From the NCBI GenBank assembly GCA_964519455.1, contig CAZFIU010000023.1, positions 31,446-63,445 on the forward strand: 32,000 nt of DNA, read 5' to 3'. Both the position numbers and the translations under genes were made by a program. The stretch comes from an uncultured Syntrophobacterales bacterium (GTDB lineage Bacteria > Desulfobacterota > Binatia > UBA9968 > JAJDTQ01). The notes below the pieces were generated by a model. The model had not been told where the DNA came from. It searched no databases and saw nothing but the letters and a program-made list of their open reading frames with translations. This document shows, in pieces, positions 9,307-18,120 of this stretch (its first letter is position 1; every line of letters starts with the position of its first letter).

Positions 9307-9489
9307 TCAGGGAAAGAAGCCCAGTTTCAAGAGCAAAGCCACGATGGTTGGCAGAAAGCTGAACACCGCCAGCTTCAGCACCGCGACGTCGCGTTTCACG
9401 ATGGCGATGTCCCCCTCCAGTACAGCCTTTAACTCGGCAAGGTCTTGTTTGCCGGCGAGATTCTCAGGTTGCACGAGAACTTTAACCCT
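9307..9489 (-). pseudogene. Possible C-terminal relic of a coiled-coil plus single-TM protein (DUF1640-like)
   Basis: Minus-strand reading ENLAGKQDLAELKAVLEGDIAIVKRDVAVLKLAVFSFLPTIVALLLKLGFFP followed by a stop; no plausible N-terminus upstream. Confidence 0.4.
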
Positions 9490-10642
9490 TTCGGGTTGCC
9501 TCGCAGGACTTCTGCTGCTGGCGGTCGGTGCGGGCGCCTCGGCCGCTGACCGGAATTTCTCGCAGTATCCTGGTTTCGCCGAGTACTTTGTCGCGCATCC
9601 TCCCGCACCGGCCGCCGGGCCGGCCGACCAAGCGCTGGCCCGGCGCCACGCGCCGCGTTTCCACCTGCCCGCGGGCCATGAAGGGCCCATCGACTTCTAC
9701 CGCGACTACATCGCCCACGGTTACCTGGTGACCGGCGACGGCGTCCGCATCGACGGTCCCACGCCCGCGGACCTGAACCGCTACCGCGACGACGTCCGCG
9801 CCGAGTTCACGCACGTGCCCGGCGACGGCCGGCCGCATCCCGTGGTCTACGCCGCGGTGGAGCGCACCGGCTTGTGGGCGCCGCGGCAAGATGGACAGGC
9901 GCCCGAGGAGTTCACCGTCGTCACCTACCACCTGGTCTTCCGCGTGAGCGGCCTGCCCGCGGCGCTGCCCCTGGCGTTCGCCCTCCCGCTACGGCTCGTG
10001 GCGGACCTGGACGACTGGCACCAACTCGACCACTACACCGCCGCATTCGTGGTGCTGGACGCGGCCGAGCGTCCCGTGGCCCTCACGCTGCAGCAACACA
10101 ACTACCTGCGCACCTACCTGGTGGGCGAATCGGTGGAGTTGGGAAGCGACGGACGGTTCGACATCGACGTCGCCATCCGCTCGAACGAGTTGTACCCGCA
10201 CGCGCCCGGCCGCACCGTGCGGCGGGCCGTGCGGTTTCTGAACTCCGAAGCCAGGGCCTTCATGATGGGATTCGGCGAGCGGCCGACCATGTCCGCGGAC
10301 GACGTCACCGAGCCGGACCGCAGCGTCGACTACAAGATGGAGTTCCTGCCCGGCGCCGATGCCTTCTATTCCTTCCACGGCTTCCTGGGCGAACGCCGCC
10401 GCCTCCCCGGCCGCGACGGCCCGCCCGGCGCGCGCTACAACACCCTCCCGCAACTCAAGCCGCTGCCCGCCCAGATTCTCGACGGCTATTGGCGCCACGG
10501 CAACGAAGGCGACTGGACGCGATACCGGCGAAGCCGTAAGAACGGCACCGACCGCGCCGGCTTCGCCCGTTCCCAGGTAGCGGTCTTCCACTACAACCTG
10601 GTGTGCCTGCGCCGCGGGCGGCAGGGCTGTACTCTTCAGTAG
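9344..10642 (+). CDS. Hypothetical secreted protein of unknown function (true start uncertain)
   Basis: Long ORF with hydrophobic signal-like LTLSGCLAGLLLLAVGAGASA beginning near 9480; the first ~45 codons overlap the antisense coiled-coil relic and are probably not genuine. Confidence 0.55.
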   Translation: MVGRKLNTASFSTATSRFTMAMSPSSTAFNSARSCLPARFSGCTRTLTLSGCLAGLLLLAVGAGASAADRNFSQYPGFAEYFVAHPPAPAAGPADQALARRHAPRFHLPAGHEGPIDFYRDYIAHGYLVTGDGVRIDGPTPADLNRYRDDVRAEFTHVPGDGRPHPVVYAAVERTGLWAPRQDGQAPEEFTVVTYHLVFRVSGLPAALPLAFALPLRLVADLDDWHQLDHYTAAFVVLDAAERPVALTLQQHNYLRTYLVGESVELGSDGRFDIDVAIRSNELYPHAPGRTVRRAVRFLNSEARAFMMGFGERPTMSADDVTEPDRSVDYKMEFLPGADAFYSFHGFLGERRRLPGRDGPPGARYNTLPQLKPLPAQILDGYWRHGNEGDWTRYRRSRKNGTDRAGFARSQVAVFHYNLVCLRRGRQGCTLQ

Positions 10643-10654
10643 GTTCAAACGGAC

Positions 10655-10816
10655 ATGGCTACCGAACGAAAGTCACTCGAGACGATTGAAGCACGGCTTG
10701 ATGACCTGGAACGGCAAGGAATCCTGATCAGGTCGGGCGAGCCCAGGCAACCCCTGAAGCCGGTCGCGCGGCGACCCGGTGCCGTCGATCGGTTTCTCGC
10801 TGAGCGTGATGAGTGA
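10655..10816 (+). CDS. Short antitoxin-like ORF (53 aa) resembling the C-terminal half of VapB/Phd-type antitoxins; no partner toxin seen
   Basis: Hand-translated MATERKSLETIEARLDDLERQGILIRSGEPRQPLKPVARRPGAVDRFLAERDE*; below the length cut-off of the ORF track. Confidence 0.4.
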   Translation: MATERKSLETIEARLDDLERQGILIRSGEPRQPLKPVARRPGAVDRFLAERDE

Positions 10817-10825
10817 GGCAACCGC

Positions 10826-12244
10826 CTACCCCTGAAACGCCGTCGCCACCACGAGATACAGCGTCGTTCCCAGGAGGTCGTTGAACGCGGTCACCAGCGG
10901 GCCGGCGGCGACGGCGGGGTCGCGGTTGAGCTTGTAGAAGACGATGGGCTGGACGGTGCCGACACAGGCGGCGATGGTGACGGATATGACCATGCCGATG
11001 AGCACGGCGAGGGAGAGCTGGAGGATGTCGGGAGTGCCCATGTTGATGAGGTAGCTGGCGGCGGCGGTGATCAGGCCGCAGCTTGCGCCCAGGACCAGGC
11101 CGGTGGTGGCTTCGTAGAGGATGACCGAGAAGACGCGCTGGAGCGAGAGGGTGCCCAGGGCGATGGCGCGCACCACGAGGGTCGAGGACTGGAGCCCCAC
11201 GGCGCCGGCGGTGGCGATGATGACCGGCAGGAACGCGGCCAGGAGCGCCATCTTCTCGAAGGTCTCCACGAAGACCTTGGAGATCACCAGGGCCACCACG
11301 AGCCCCAGCAGCACGGTGGTCACGACCCACGAGAAGCGTTCACCCACGCGCTTGAACACGGAGTCGCGGGCCAGGTTGATGGACTCGCTCTCGACGCCGG
11401 CGATGGCGTAGATGTCCTTGCTGGCTTCCTCCTCGATGACGTCCACCACGTCGTCGATGGTGACGCGGCCCACGAGCCGGCCCTGGTCGTCCACCACGGG
11501 AACCGTGACGAAGTCGTACTTCTTCAGGACGCGGGCGACCTCGTCCTGCGGCATCGCCACCGGAACGGAGATTACCGGCCGCTCCATGATGTTGGCGACG
11601 GATTCGTCCGGGCGCGCCAACACCAGGTTGCTGAGGGGCAGGATGCCGGTGACGCGCCGTTCGACGTTCACCACGAAGACGTCGTGGACCTCGGGCACGT
11701 CGTCCTGGGCCCGGCGGATGATCCCGATGGCCTGCTCCACGGTGGCGTACTGCGGCACCGACACGTACTCCGTCTGCATGATGCCGCCGGCGCTGTCCGG
11801 CGGGTAGTCCAGCAGGTCGCCGATTTCCTCCGCCAGCTCCGACGGCATCTCGGCCAGGACCGTGGGGGTGCGCTCTTCCGGCAGGGTCTCGATCAGGTCC
11901 GCGGCATCGTCGGTGTCCAGCTCCTCCACGAGCCCGGCCAGTTGCCGGTCCGAGAGGTCCGCCACCAGTTCGTCGCGCGCCTCCGGCGAGACGAGGCTCA
12001 GGACCGCCGAGGCGGTCTCCTGGGACAGCAGCCCGAATGCCCGTTGCCGCACCCGCGGTTCGTCGAGCTGATCCAGCAACTCCGCGATGTCGGCGGGATG
12101 GAAATCGGCCAGAAGCCGGCGCACGTCGTCGTCGCGGCCCAGCCCGGTCCACATGACGATGTTCTCGAGCGCCACTTCGCGCGGCAACGGACCCGCGGAT
12201 GCATCCACGGGCGGTTCCGGTGCTTCTGGAGTCAATTGCTGCAT
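10826..12244 (-). CDS. mgtE: Magnesium transporter MgtE
   Basis: HPADIAELLDQL N domain, CBS domains (ILPLSNLVLARPDESVANIM; VVDDQGRLVGRVTIDDVVDVIEEEASKD), membrane domain with LLAAFLPVIIATAGAVGLQSSTLVVRA. Confidence 0.95.
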   Translation of the reverse strand: MQQLTPEAPEPPVDASAGPLPREVALENIVMWTGLGRDDDVRRLLADFHPADIAELLDQLDEPRVRQRAFGLLSQETASAVLSLVSPEARDELVADLSDRQLAGLVEELDTDDAADLIETLPEERTPTVLAEMPSELAEEIGDLLDYPPDSAGGIMQTEYVSVPQYATVEQAIGIIRRAQDDVPEVHDVFVVNVERRVTGILPLSNLVLARPDESVANIMERPVISVPVAMPQDEVARVLKKYDFVTVPVVDDQGRLVGRVTIDDVVDVIEEEASKDIYAIAGVESESINLARDSVFKRVGERFSWVVTTVLLGLVVALVISKVFVETFEKMALLAAFLPVIIATAGAVGLQSSTLVVRAIALGTLSLQRVFSVILYEATTGLVLGASCGLITAAASYLINMGTPDILQLSLAVLIGMVISVTIAACVGTVQPIVFYKLNRDPAVAAGPLVTAFNDLLGTTLYLVVATAFQG

Positions 12245-12288
12245 CTCGGTTCAGGGCACCGCGAACCGGCTACCGAGACCGGTCTCGC

Positions 12289-14382
12289 TCAATCTTCCAG
12301 CGCCCGGTTGGCGTCGAGCGGGGAGCCCAACACGGAATAGGTCTCTTCCTGGGAGCGCACCGGCGCTTGGCCGTTGCGGGCGATCCGCTCCGAAGTGCCG
12401 TCGGGCAGGACGTTCCACGCCTTGGTGTTGTCGCGCAGTTGCAGGGAGAGCACCTCGTCGATGGTCCTTTGCAGTCCGGGCTCCAGCACCGGGAAGGCCA
12501 CCTCGACGCGACGGTCGAGGTTTCGCTGCATCCAGTCCGCCGACGCCAGGAGATAGTCGGGGTCGCCGCCGTTGGCGAAGTGGTACACGCGGGCGTGCTC
12601 CAGGTAGCGGTCTATGATGGAGCGGACGCGGATGTTCTCGGAGAGCCCCTGCACTCCCGGACGCAGGCAGCAGATGCCGCGCACGATGAGGTCGATGGAC
12701 ACGCCCGCGCGGCTTGCCGCGTAGAGTTCGTCGATCAGGCGGGGATCCACCAGGCTGTTGAGCTTGGCGACGATGCGGCCGGGATGTCCGGCCTCGACGT
12801 GCGCCACCTCGCGCCGGATGCGGTCCACGAAAGCGTCGCGCAGGTCGGCGGGCGCCACCACGAGGTTGTTGAGCCGGCGCTGCCGGGTGTAGCCGGTAAG
12901 CAGGTTGAATACCTCGTTGACGTCCTCGCCGAAGCTGTCGCGTCCGGTGAACAGGCTGAAGTCGCTGTAGATGCTGGCGGTGCGCGCGTTGTAGTTGCCG
13001 GTTCCCAGGTGGCAGTAGCGGCGAAGCTCTCCGGCCTCACGGCGTACCACGAGACACAGTTTGCAGTGGGTCTTGAGGCCGACGATGCCGTAGACGACGT
13101 GGGCGCCCACGTTCTCCAGCGTGCGCGCCCAGGAGATGTTGGCCTCCTCGTCGAAGCGGGCCTGGAGTTCCAGCAGCACCGCCACTTCCTTGCCGGCTTC
13201 TGCCGCCTTGCCCAGCGACTGCACGATGGGCGAACTAGGGCTCACGCGGTAGAGCGTCATCTTGATGGCGAGAACGTTGGGGTCCTCCGCGGCCTCGTCC
13301 ACGAATTGGGTGACGGCGTCGAAGGAGTGATAAGGATGCTGCACCAGCACGTCCGAATGCCGGATCGTGCTCCAGATGTTCCCGCCTCCCTCGAACGCTT
13401 TCACGGGCAGCGGCGCGAACGGGCGGTCCTTGAGGTGCGGCAGGTCGAGCTTCGCGTAAAGCTCGAACAGGTCGGTAAAGGCGGTGAACCCCTTGCCCGC
13501 GTATAAGTCGTCTTGCCCGAGTTCCAACTCGTCGACGAACAGCGACAGGATGTGCTCGGGCATGTCCTCGTCGTGCTGCAGGCGTACCGCCCCGCCCATG
13601 CGCCGCTCCTTGATGCCCTGTTCGATGCTCTGGAGCAGGTCGTCGGAGCGGATCTTGGCGGTGGGCTCGTACTCCGCGTCCCGGGTCACCCTGAGCGTGT
13701 GGCAGGAAAGGATCTCGTAGCCCCGGTAGAGTTGCGGCAGGTACATCCGGAGCACTTCCTCCAGCCGGATGAACCGGTGCGCGCCGTCGTCCGAGGGAAT
13801 CTCGATGAAACGCGGGATCACGTGGGCCGGGGTGTGGACTACCGAGAGGTTGGCGTCCGGCAGCACGGAGTCGGAGTCGCTCGTCGGGTTCAGCGCGGCC
13901 ACCAGGCAAAGGCCCCGGTTCGCCAGATACGGGAACGGGTGCCCCGGGTCGATGGCCAGAGGCGTCAGCACCGGGAACACGGTGCGGTTAAAGTAGTCTT
14001 CCAGGAAGGCCTGCTGGGGCTCGGCGAGCTGCTCGCCCTGGACGATATGGACGCCTTCGTCCTCGAGGCGTGGCCGCAGCTTTTCCAGGAAGCACGCATG
14101 CTGCAAGGTGGACAGGCGGCGCGCCATCTCGGAGATGCCGTGCAGCGCCTGCGACGGGGTCAGGCCGTCGGGACCGGGCTGCGCATCGCCTTCGCGGATG
14201 CGCCGCTTCAAGCGTGCCACCCGCACCATGAAGAACTCGTCGAGGTTGGAGCTGAAGATGGCCAGGAACTTCACGCGTTCCAGCAGCGGCACCTCGTCGT
14301 TCAGTGCCTCGTCGAGCACCCGCCGGTTGAACTCCATCCACGAGAGCTCACGGTTCACGAAAAGGCTTTCTTTCTCCATCAT
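12289..14382 (-). CDS. ppk1: Polyphosphate kinase 1
   Basis: RELSWMEFNRRVLDEA, SSNLDEFFMVRVARL, LMRPYxSF-equivalent VQHPYHSFDAV, KMTLYRVS, ELQARFDEEANISWAR, GLKTHCKLCLVVRRE, HLGTGNYN motifs. Confidence 0.97.
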   Translation of the reverse strand: MMEKESLFVNRELSWMEFNRRVLDEALNDEVPLLERVKFLAIFSSNLDEFFMVRVARLKRRIREGDAQPGPDGLTPSQALHGISEMARRLSTLQHACFLEKLRPRLEDEGVHIVQGEQLAEPQQAFLEDYFNRTVFPVLTPLAIDPGHPFPYLANRGLCLVAALNPTSDSDSVLPDANLSVVHTPAHVIPRFIEIPSDDGAHRFIRLEEVLRMYLPQLYRGYEILSCHTLRVTRDAEYEPTAKIRSDDLLQSIEQGIKERRMGGAVRLQHDEDMPEHILSLFVDELELGQDDLYAGKGFTAFTDLFELYAKLDLPHLKDRPFAPLPVKAFEGGGNIWSTIRHSDVLVQHPYHSFDAVTQFVDEAAEDPNVLAIKMTLYRVSPSSPIVQSLGKAAEAGKEVAVLLELQARFDEEANISWARTLENVGAHVVYGIVGLKTHCKLCLVVRREAGELRRYCHLGTGNYNARTASIYSDFSLFTGRDSFGEDVNEVFNLLTGYTRQRRLNNLVVAPADLRDAFVDRIRREVAHVEAGHPGRIVAKLNSLVDPRLIDELYAASRAGVSIDLIVRGICCLRPGVQGLSENIRVRSIIDRYLEHARVYHFANGGDPDYLLASADWMQRNLDRRVEVAFPVLEPGLQRTIDEVLSLQLRDNTKAWNVLPDGTSERIARNGQAPVRSQEETYSVLGSPLDANRALED

Positions 14383-14686
14383 GGTTCCATACCCGAAGCA
14401 GGTTACGATCGGATTAAATCTCTAGCCATCGCCACGGCGAAAACGCAAGGCATGGGAATGCACCTCTTGCCTCAGGCCATTATACATCGGCAGCAGGCCT
14501 GCCGGGCAGCACGGGGCCATGCAGGTGGCCAAGGCGGCCAAGGTGGGCAAGAAGGTGGCGGTGTTGAGAAGCAACGCTCCGCAGGTAACAGAACATCAAC
14601 AAAGACTTCGTTTTTCCGACGCAACCGCTTCATCTTGTACACACACCGACACGGTAGCCTTTTCGCTGAAAACTCCCAATCAACGA

Positions 14687-14708
14687 ACCCGGGTTGTCTT
14701 GCCCGGGT
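14687..14708 (+). promoter_or_regulatory. Perfect 7-bp inverted repeat (ACCCGGG-8 nt-CCCGGGT) in the leader of the metallophosphoesterase gene
   Basis: ACCCGGG at 14687-14693 and CCCGGGT at 14702-14708, 24 nt before the GTG start at 14733. Confidence 0.3.
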
Positions 14709-14732
14709 CCGAACGACTCAGGAGGTGGCAAC

Positions 14733-15596
14733 GTGTCGAACTCGACGGAAACAGTGCCGCGGTTTTTCCGTACGGTCTGGCTGTCCGACATCCATCTCGG
14801 TTTCCGCGGCTGCAGCGCGGCTTCTCTGCTTGCATTCCTGCGTTCCGTGGAATGCGAGTTTCTCTACCTCGTCGGTGACATCATCGACATATGGTCCGTC
14901 CGCAAGCGGCCGTTCTGGCCCCAGGACCACAACAACGTTCTACGAACGATCCTCGGCAAGGCCAAGTACGGCACCAAGGTGATCTACGTCCCGGGGAATC
15001 ACGACGAGATGCTGCGCGATTACGACGGCATGGCGTTCGGCAACATCCGGATCAGCGACCGTATCGTGCACCGAAAGGCCGACGGCAAGCGGTTCCTGGT
15101 GATTCACGGCGACCAGTTCGACAGCGTGGTGCGCTCCTCCAAGGCCATCGCGCTTCTCGGCAGTCACGCGTACGACGTGCTCCTGGCCATCAATACGCGG
15201 CTCAACCTGGCACGGCGCAAGGTAGGGCTGCCCTACTGGTCGCTCGCCGGCGCCATCAAGCACAAGGTCAAGAACGCCATGCGCTACATCAGCAACTTCG
15301 AGGCGGCGGTGGCGTTTGAAGCGGCGCGCCTGGGCGTGGACGGTGTCATCTGCGGACACATCCACCGAGCCCAGATCGTTTCCCTGAACGACATCACCTA
15401 CTGCAACTGCGGAGACTGGGTGGAGAGCAACAGCGCCCTGGTGGAGCACGAGGACGGGCGGCTGGAGCTACTGGAGTGGCGGGACACTCACCGGATCGCC
15501 TTCGGAGGACAGCCGGACGAGGGTGCGTCCGTTCCGCTGCTCACCCACAACGGCGACACCCACCACAGCAACGGAGCGGCCGGAGGCCCAGCCTGA
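14733..15596 (+). CDS. Metallophosphoesterase of the LpxH-like family, PlcP-like (candidate phospholipase C) versus UDP-2,3-diacylglucosamine hydrolase
   Basis: VWLSDIHLGFRG, YLVGDIIDIW, YVPGNHDEMLR, LVIHGDQFD, ICGHIHRA metal-binding motifs; AGGAGG upstream of the GTG start; genomic context with an Agt-like glycosyltransferase. Confidence 0.85.
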   Translation: MSNSTETVPRFFRTVWLSDIHLGFRGCSAASLLAFLRSVECEFLYLVGDIIDIWSVRKRPFWPQDHNNVLRTILGKAKYGTKVIYVPGNHDEMLRDYDGMAFGNIRISDRIVHRKADGKRFLVIHGDQFDSVVRSSKAIALLGSHAYDVLLAINTRLNLARRKVGLPYWSLAGAIKHKVKNAMRYISNFEAAVAFEAARLGVDGVICGHIHRAQIVSLNDITYCNCGDWVESNSALVEHEDGRLELLEWRDTHRIAFGGQPDEGASVPLLTHNGDTHHSNGAAGGPA

Positions 15597-15668
15597 GGAT
15601 GAGCTCCGCGAGAATTCGCGCGAAAATTCTTGCCCGCGAAGCAGGGCGCGACAGGAGGAATACTACCA

Positions 15669-18083
15669 ATGGGATTGGTGGAAGCGAGTGAAGCGCTCCG
15701 GATCGGTTTGTCGTGCTCGGGACCCGGTTCCATGACGGGATGCAGCATCGAGTTGGGGGCCGCGTGGATGGCGGCTCTCGTCTTGCTGTTTGGTGCGGCC
15801 GTGCTCCTGGCGGTCAGGAAGCTTTACCGTGGACTGGTTACTGTGCGCGCGCGGGCGTTCGGGCCGGCGCTCTCCCGGCGCCTTGCCCACTGGGTGCGTT
15901 CGAGGGACTACCCCGCGGATGAGTTCTTCAGCGCCGACGGTGCGGAACCGGGTTGGGCGCAGCGCCGCGAGAACGCGCTGGAGCGGCTTGCCGGCCACTT
16001 CCGCGCGCGTTCCGCCAAGGCCATTGCGTGGAGCGGCGCCATCCGCGAGAACTTCTCGGACCTGCGCTTCACCGACGCCGGGCGGGTGCCGTTTCCGTTC
16101 GCGCGGCTGATGCGGGAGAAGTTCAACCTCTGCTCGGTGGTGACCGAGTCCGACGGACCGCGTCTGCGCGACCTTGACGGCAACTGGTCCCTCGACCTCA
16201 GCGGCTCCTACGGCGTCAACGTGGCGGGACAGGAGCGCTACAAGCAGTGGATGCGCAAGGGCATGGAACGGGTCAAGGACCTCGGCGCGGTGCTGGGACC
16301 GCTTCATCCCCTCGTGGCCGAGAACATCGACGTGCTCAAGAGGATCTCCGGGCTGGACGAAGTGTCGTTCCACATGAGCGGCACCGAGGCGGTGATGTCC
16401 GCCGTGCGGCTGGCGCGCTTCAACACCCGGCGCAAGCTCATCGTGTGCTTCTCCGGTGCCTACCATGGCTGGTGGGACGGCGTGCAGCCCGGGCTGGGGA
16501 GCGAGCGCGACTTGAGGGACTGTCTCACCCTCAAGGACATGGACCCCGCATCGCTGGCCGCCATCCGCCGGCGCTCCGGAGAGATCGCGGGCGTGCTGGT
16601 AAACCCGGTGCAGTCGTTCCATCCGAACTCGCCCCCGCCGAGCGACGCATTGTTGCTCACCAGCAGCGTACGCAAGATGTGCGAGGAGCATGCCGCGTAC
16701 CAGCGGTGGTTGCACGAGTTGCGCGAAGTCTGCGCCGCGTGTGGCATCCCGTTGATCTTCGACGAGGTCTATTCCGGTTTCCGGCTGGCTCCCGGTGGCG
16801 CGCAGGAGTTCTTTGACGTCCAGGCCGACATGACGGTCTACGGCAAGACCGTGGGCGGCGGCATGCCCATCGGCGCGGTGTGCGGCCGGAAGGATCTCAT
16901 GCGGCGCACGGACCCCGACCACCCCATGCGCCTGGCCTACGTCATCGGCACGTTCGCCGCGCATCCCGTGGTGATGGGCGCCATGAACGAGTTCCTGCGC
17001 TGGGTTACAGGCCCGGAGGCGGGGGCCGCCTACAATGAGGCAAACCACCGTTGCAGCGAATGGGCGCGGGAGACCAACCGGGAACTGGCGCATGCCGGCC
17101 TGCCGCTGCGGGTCGTGAACCTTGCCACCGTGTGGACCGTACTGTTCCAGGAGCCGGGCCGCTACAACTGGCTGCTGCAATACTACCTGCGGGCCGAAGG
17201 GGTCACCCTGAGCTGGGTCGGCACCGGCCGCTGCATCAGCAACATGGGCTTCAGTCAGGAGGACTACCGCGAACTCAAAGGCAAGCTGGTGAACGCCGCC
17301 CGCGCCATGCACCAGGACGGCTGGTGGCTCACGGAACAGCAGCAGCCCAGCCGCGACCGAAAGATGCGGAGGGGACTGGTGCACGAGCTTCTGGGCACGC
17401 TGGTGCCCGTGCCGAAGCCCTTGCGGGTCTTCTGCGCCGAGGTCATGCGCCGCAAGCACGACGACCACGAGGCGTCCCACAGCCATCCGCTGAACCAGTT
17501 CGGCCACATCCTGAGTTCCAGCGTTTTCATCTACTGCTACTTCCTGATATTCGCGAACCTCACCACAGCGGTGTCCTTCAGCCTCGCCGCGCTGCTGGTG
17601 CGGCAACTGGGCCACGCGGTCATCGAACCGCCGTGCCACGACAAGGAAGAGTTGCTGCTGGGCTACAACACTCGCAACAAGACCATCATCGTCCTGGCCT
17701 ACGTGCTGATTCCGTTCGTCAACCTGGCGGGCGTCGACGCATGGACCTGGGCCGCGGCCGTCGACACGTTGCCCGCCATCGCCAAGCAGTGGTTCGGCTT
17801 GACGCTGATCGTGGTCCTGGGCCGTGTGGCCTATCTCACCTGGCTGCACGACTTCCGCATCTCCATGGTGTGGTTCATCAAGCTCATCACCGATCCGCTC
17901 ACGGACCTCATCGCCTACGTGCCGCGGTCGCTGGCGGAAGCGCGCGCCTTCCTGCCGCCGTACTCCAGCGTAGAGTCGTACAAGCCCGGTTACGCCGTGG
18001 AGGGATTGTCGTCGGGCGACGAGTGGATCGAGGCATGCGACCAAGAGGAAGCGGGCCGGCAATCAAGGGACGCGCGCCGGTGA
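15669..18083 (+). CDS. Class-III PLP-dependent aminotransferase (GSAM-like) with an N-terminal TM anchor and a C-terminal multi-pass membrane domain, possibly DUF962/Mpo1-like
   Basis: SGTEAVMSAVRLAR, SGAYHGWWDG, IFDEVYSGFR, YGKTVGGGMPIGAVCG (PLP lysine); N-terminal TM AAWMAALVLLFGAAVLLAV; C-terminal SHPLNQFGHI...LVRQLGHAVIE plus several TM segments. Start at ATG 15669 with upstream AGGAGG. Confidence 0.85.
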   Translation: MGLVEASEALRIGLSCSGPGSMTGCSIELGAAWMAALVLLFGAAVLLAVRKLYRGLVTVRARAFGPALSRRLAHWVRSRDYPADEFFSADGAEPGWAQRRENALERLAGHFRARSAKAIAWSGAIRENFSDLRFTDAGRVPFPFARLMREKFNLCSVVTESDGPRLRDLDGNWSLDLSGSYGVNVAGQERYKQWMRKGMERVKDLGAVLGPLHPLVAENIDVLKRISGLDEVSFHMSGTEAVMSAVRLARFNTRRKLIVCFSGAYHGWWDGVQPGLGSERDLRDCLTLKDMDPASLAAIRRRSGEIAGVLVNPVQSFHPNSPPPSDALLLTSSVRKMCEEHAAYQRWLHELREVCAACGIPLIFDEVYSGFRLAPGGAQEFFDVQADMTVYGKTVGGGMPIGAVCGRKDLMRRTDPDHPMRLAYVIGTFAAHPVVMGAMNEFLRWVTGPEAGAAYNEANHRCSEWARETNRELAHAGLPLRVVNLATVWTVLFQEPGRYNWLLQYYLRAEGVTLSWVGTGRCISNMGFSQEDYRELKGKLVNAARAMHQDGWWLTEQQQPSRDRKMRRGLVHELLGTLVPVPKPLRVFCAEVMRRKHDDHEASHSHPLNQFGHILSSSVFIYCYFLIFANLTTAVSFSLAALLVRQLGHAVIEPPCHDKEELLLGYNTRNKTIIVLAYVLIPFVNLAGVDAWTWAAAVDTLPAIAKQWFGLTLIVVLGRVAYLTWLHDFRISMVWFIKLITDPLTDLIAYVPRSLAEARAFLPPYSSVESYKPGYAVEGLSSGDEWIEACDQEEAGRQSRDARR

Positions 18084-18120
18084 ACGCGCCGGCGCGTGGT
18101 GCGCGGTCACACGGTTCGTT

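Noticed and set aside
14383-14732. Pho box controlling ppk1 and the PlcP-like gene
   Set aside because: Looked for CTGTCAT-like direct repeats with 11-bp period and found none convincing by eye; left as a suggested computation only.
14519-14878. 119-aa plus-strand ORF between ppk1 and the phosphoesterase
   Set aside because: Overlaps the phosphoesterase start out of frame; composition not protein-like.
12199-14982. Long plus-strand ORFs (435 and 489 aa) opposite ppk1
   Set aside because: Antisense frames to a highly conserved ppk1; low-complexity composition.
15663-18062. 799-aa minus-strand ORF opposite the PLP/membrane fusion
   Set aside because: Arg/Gly/His/Ala-rich composition typical of an antisense frame in GC-rich DNA; the plus strand carries unmistakable catalytic motifs.
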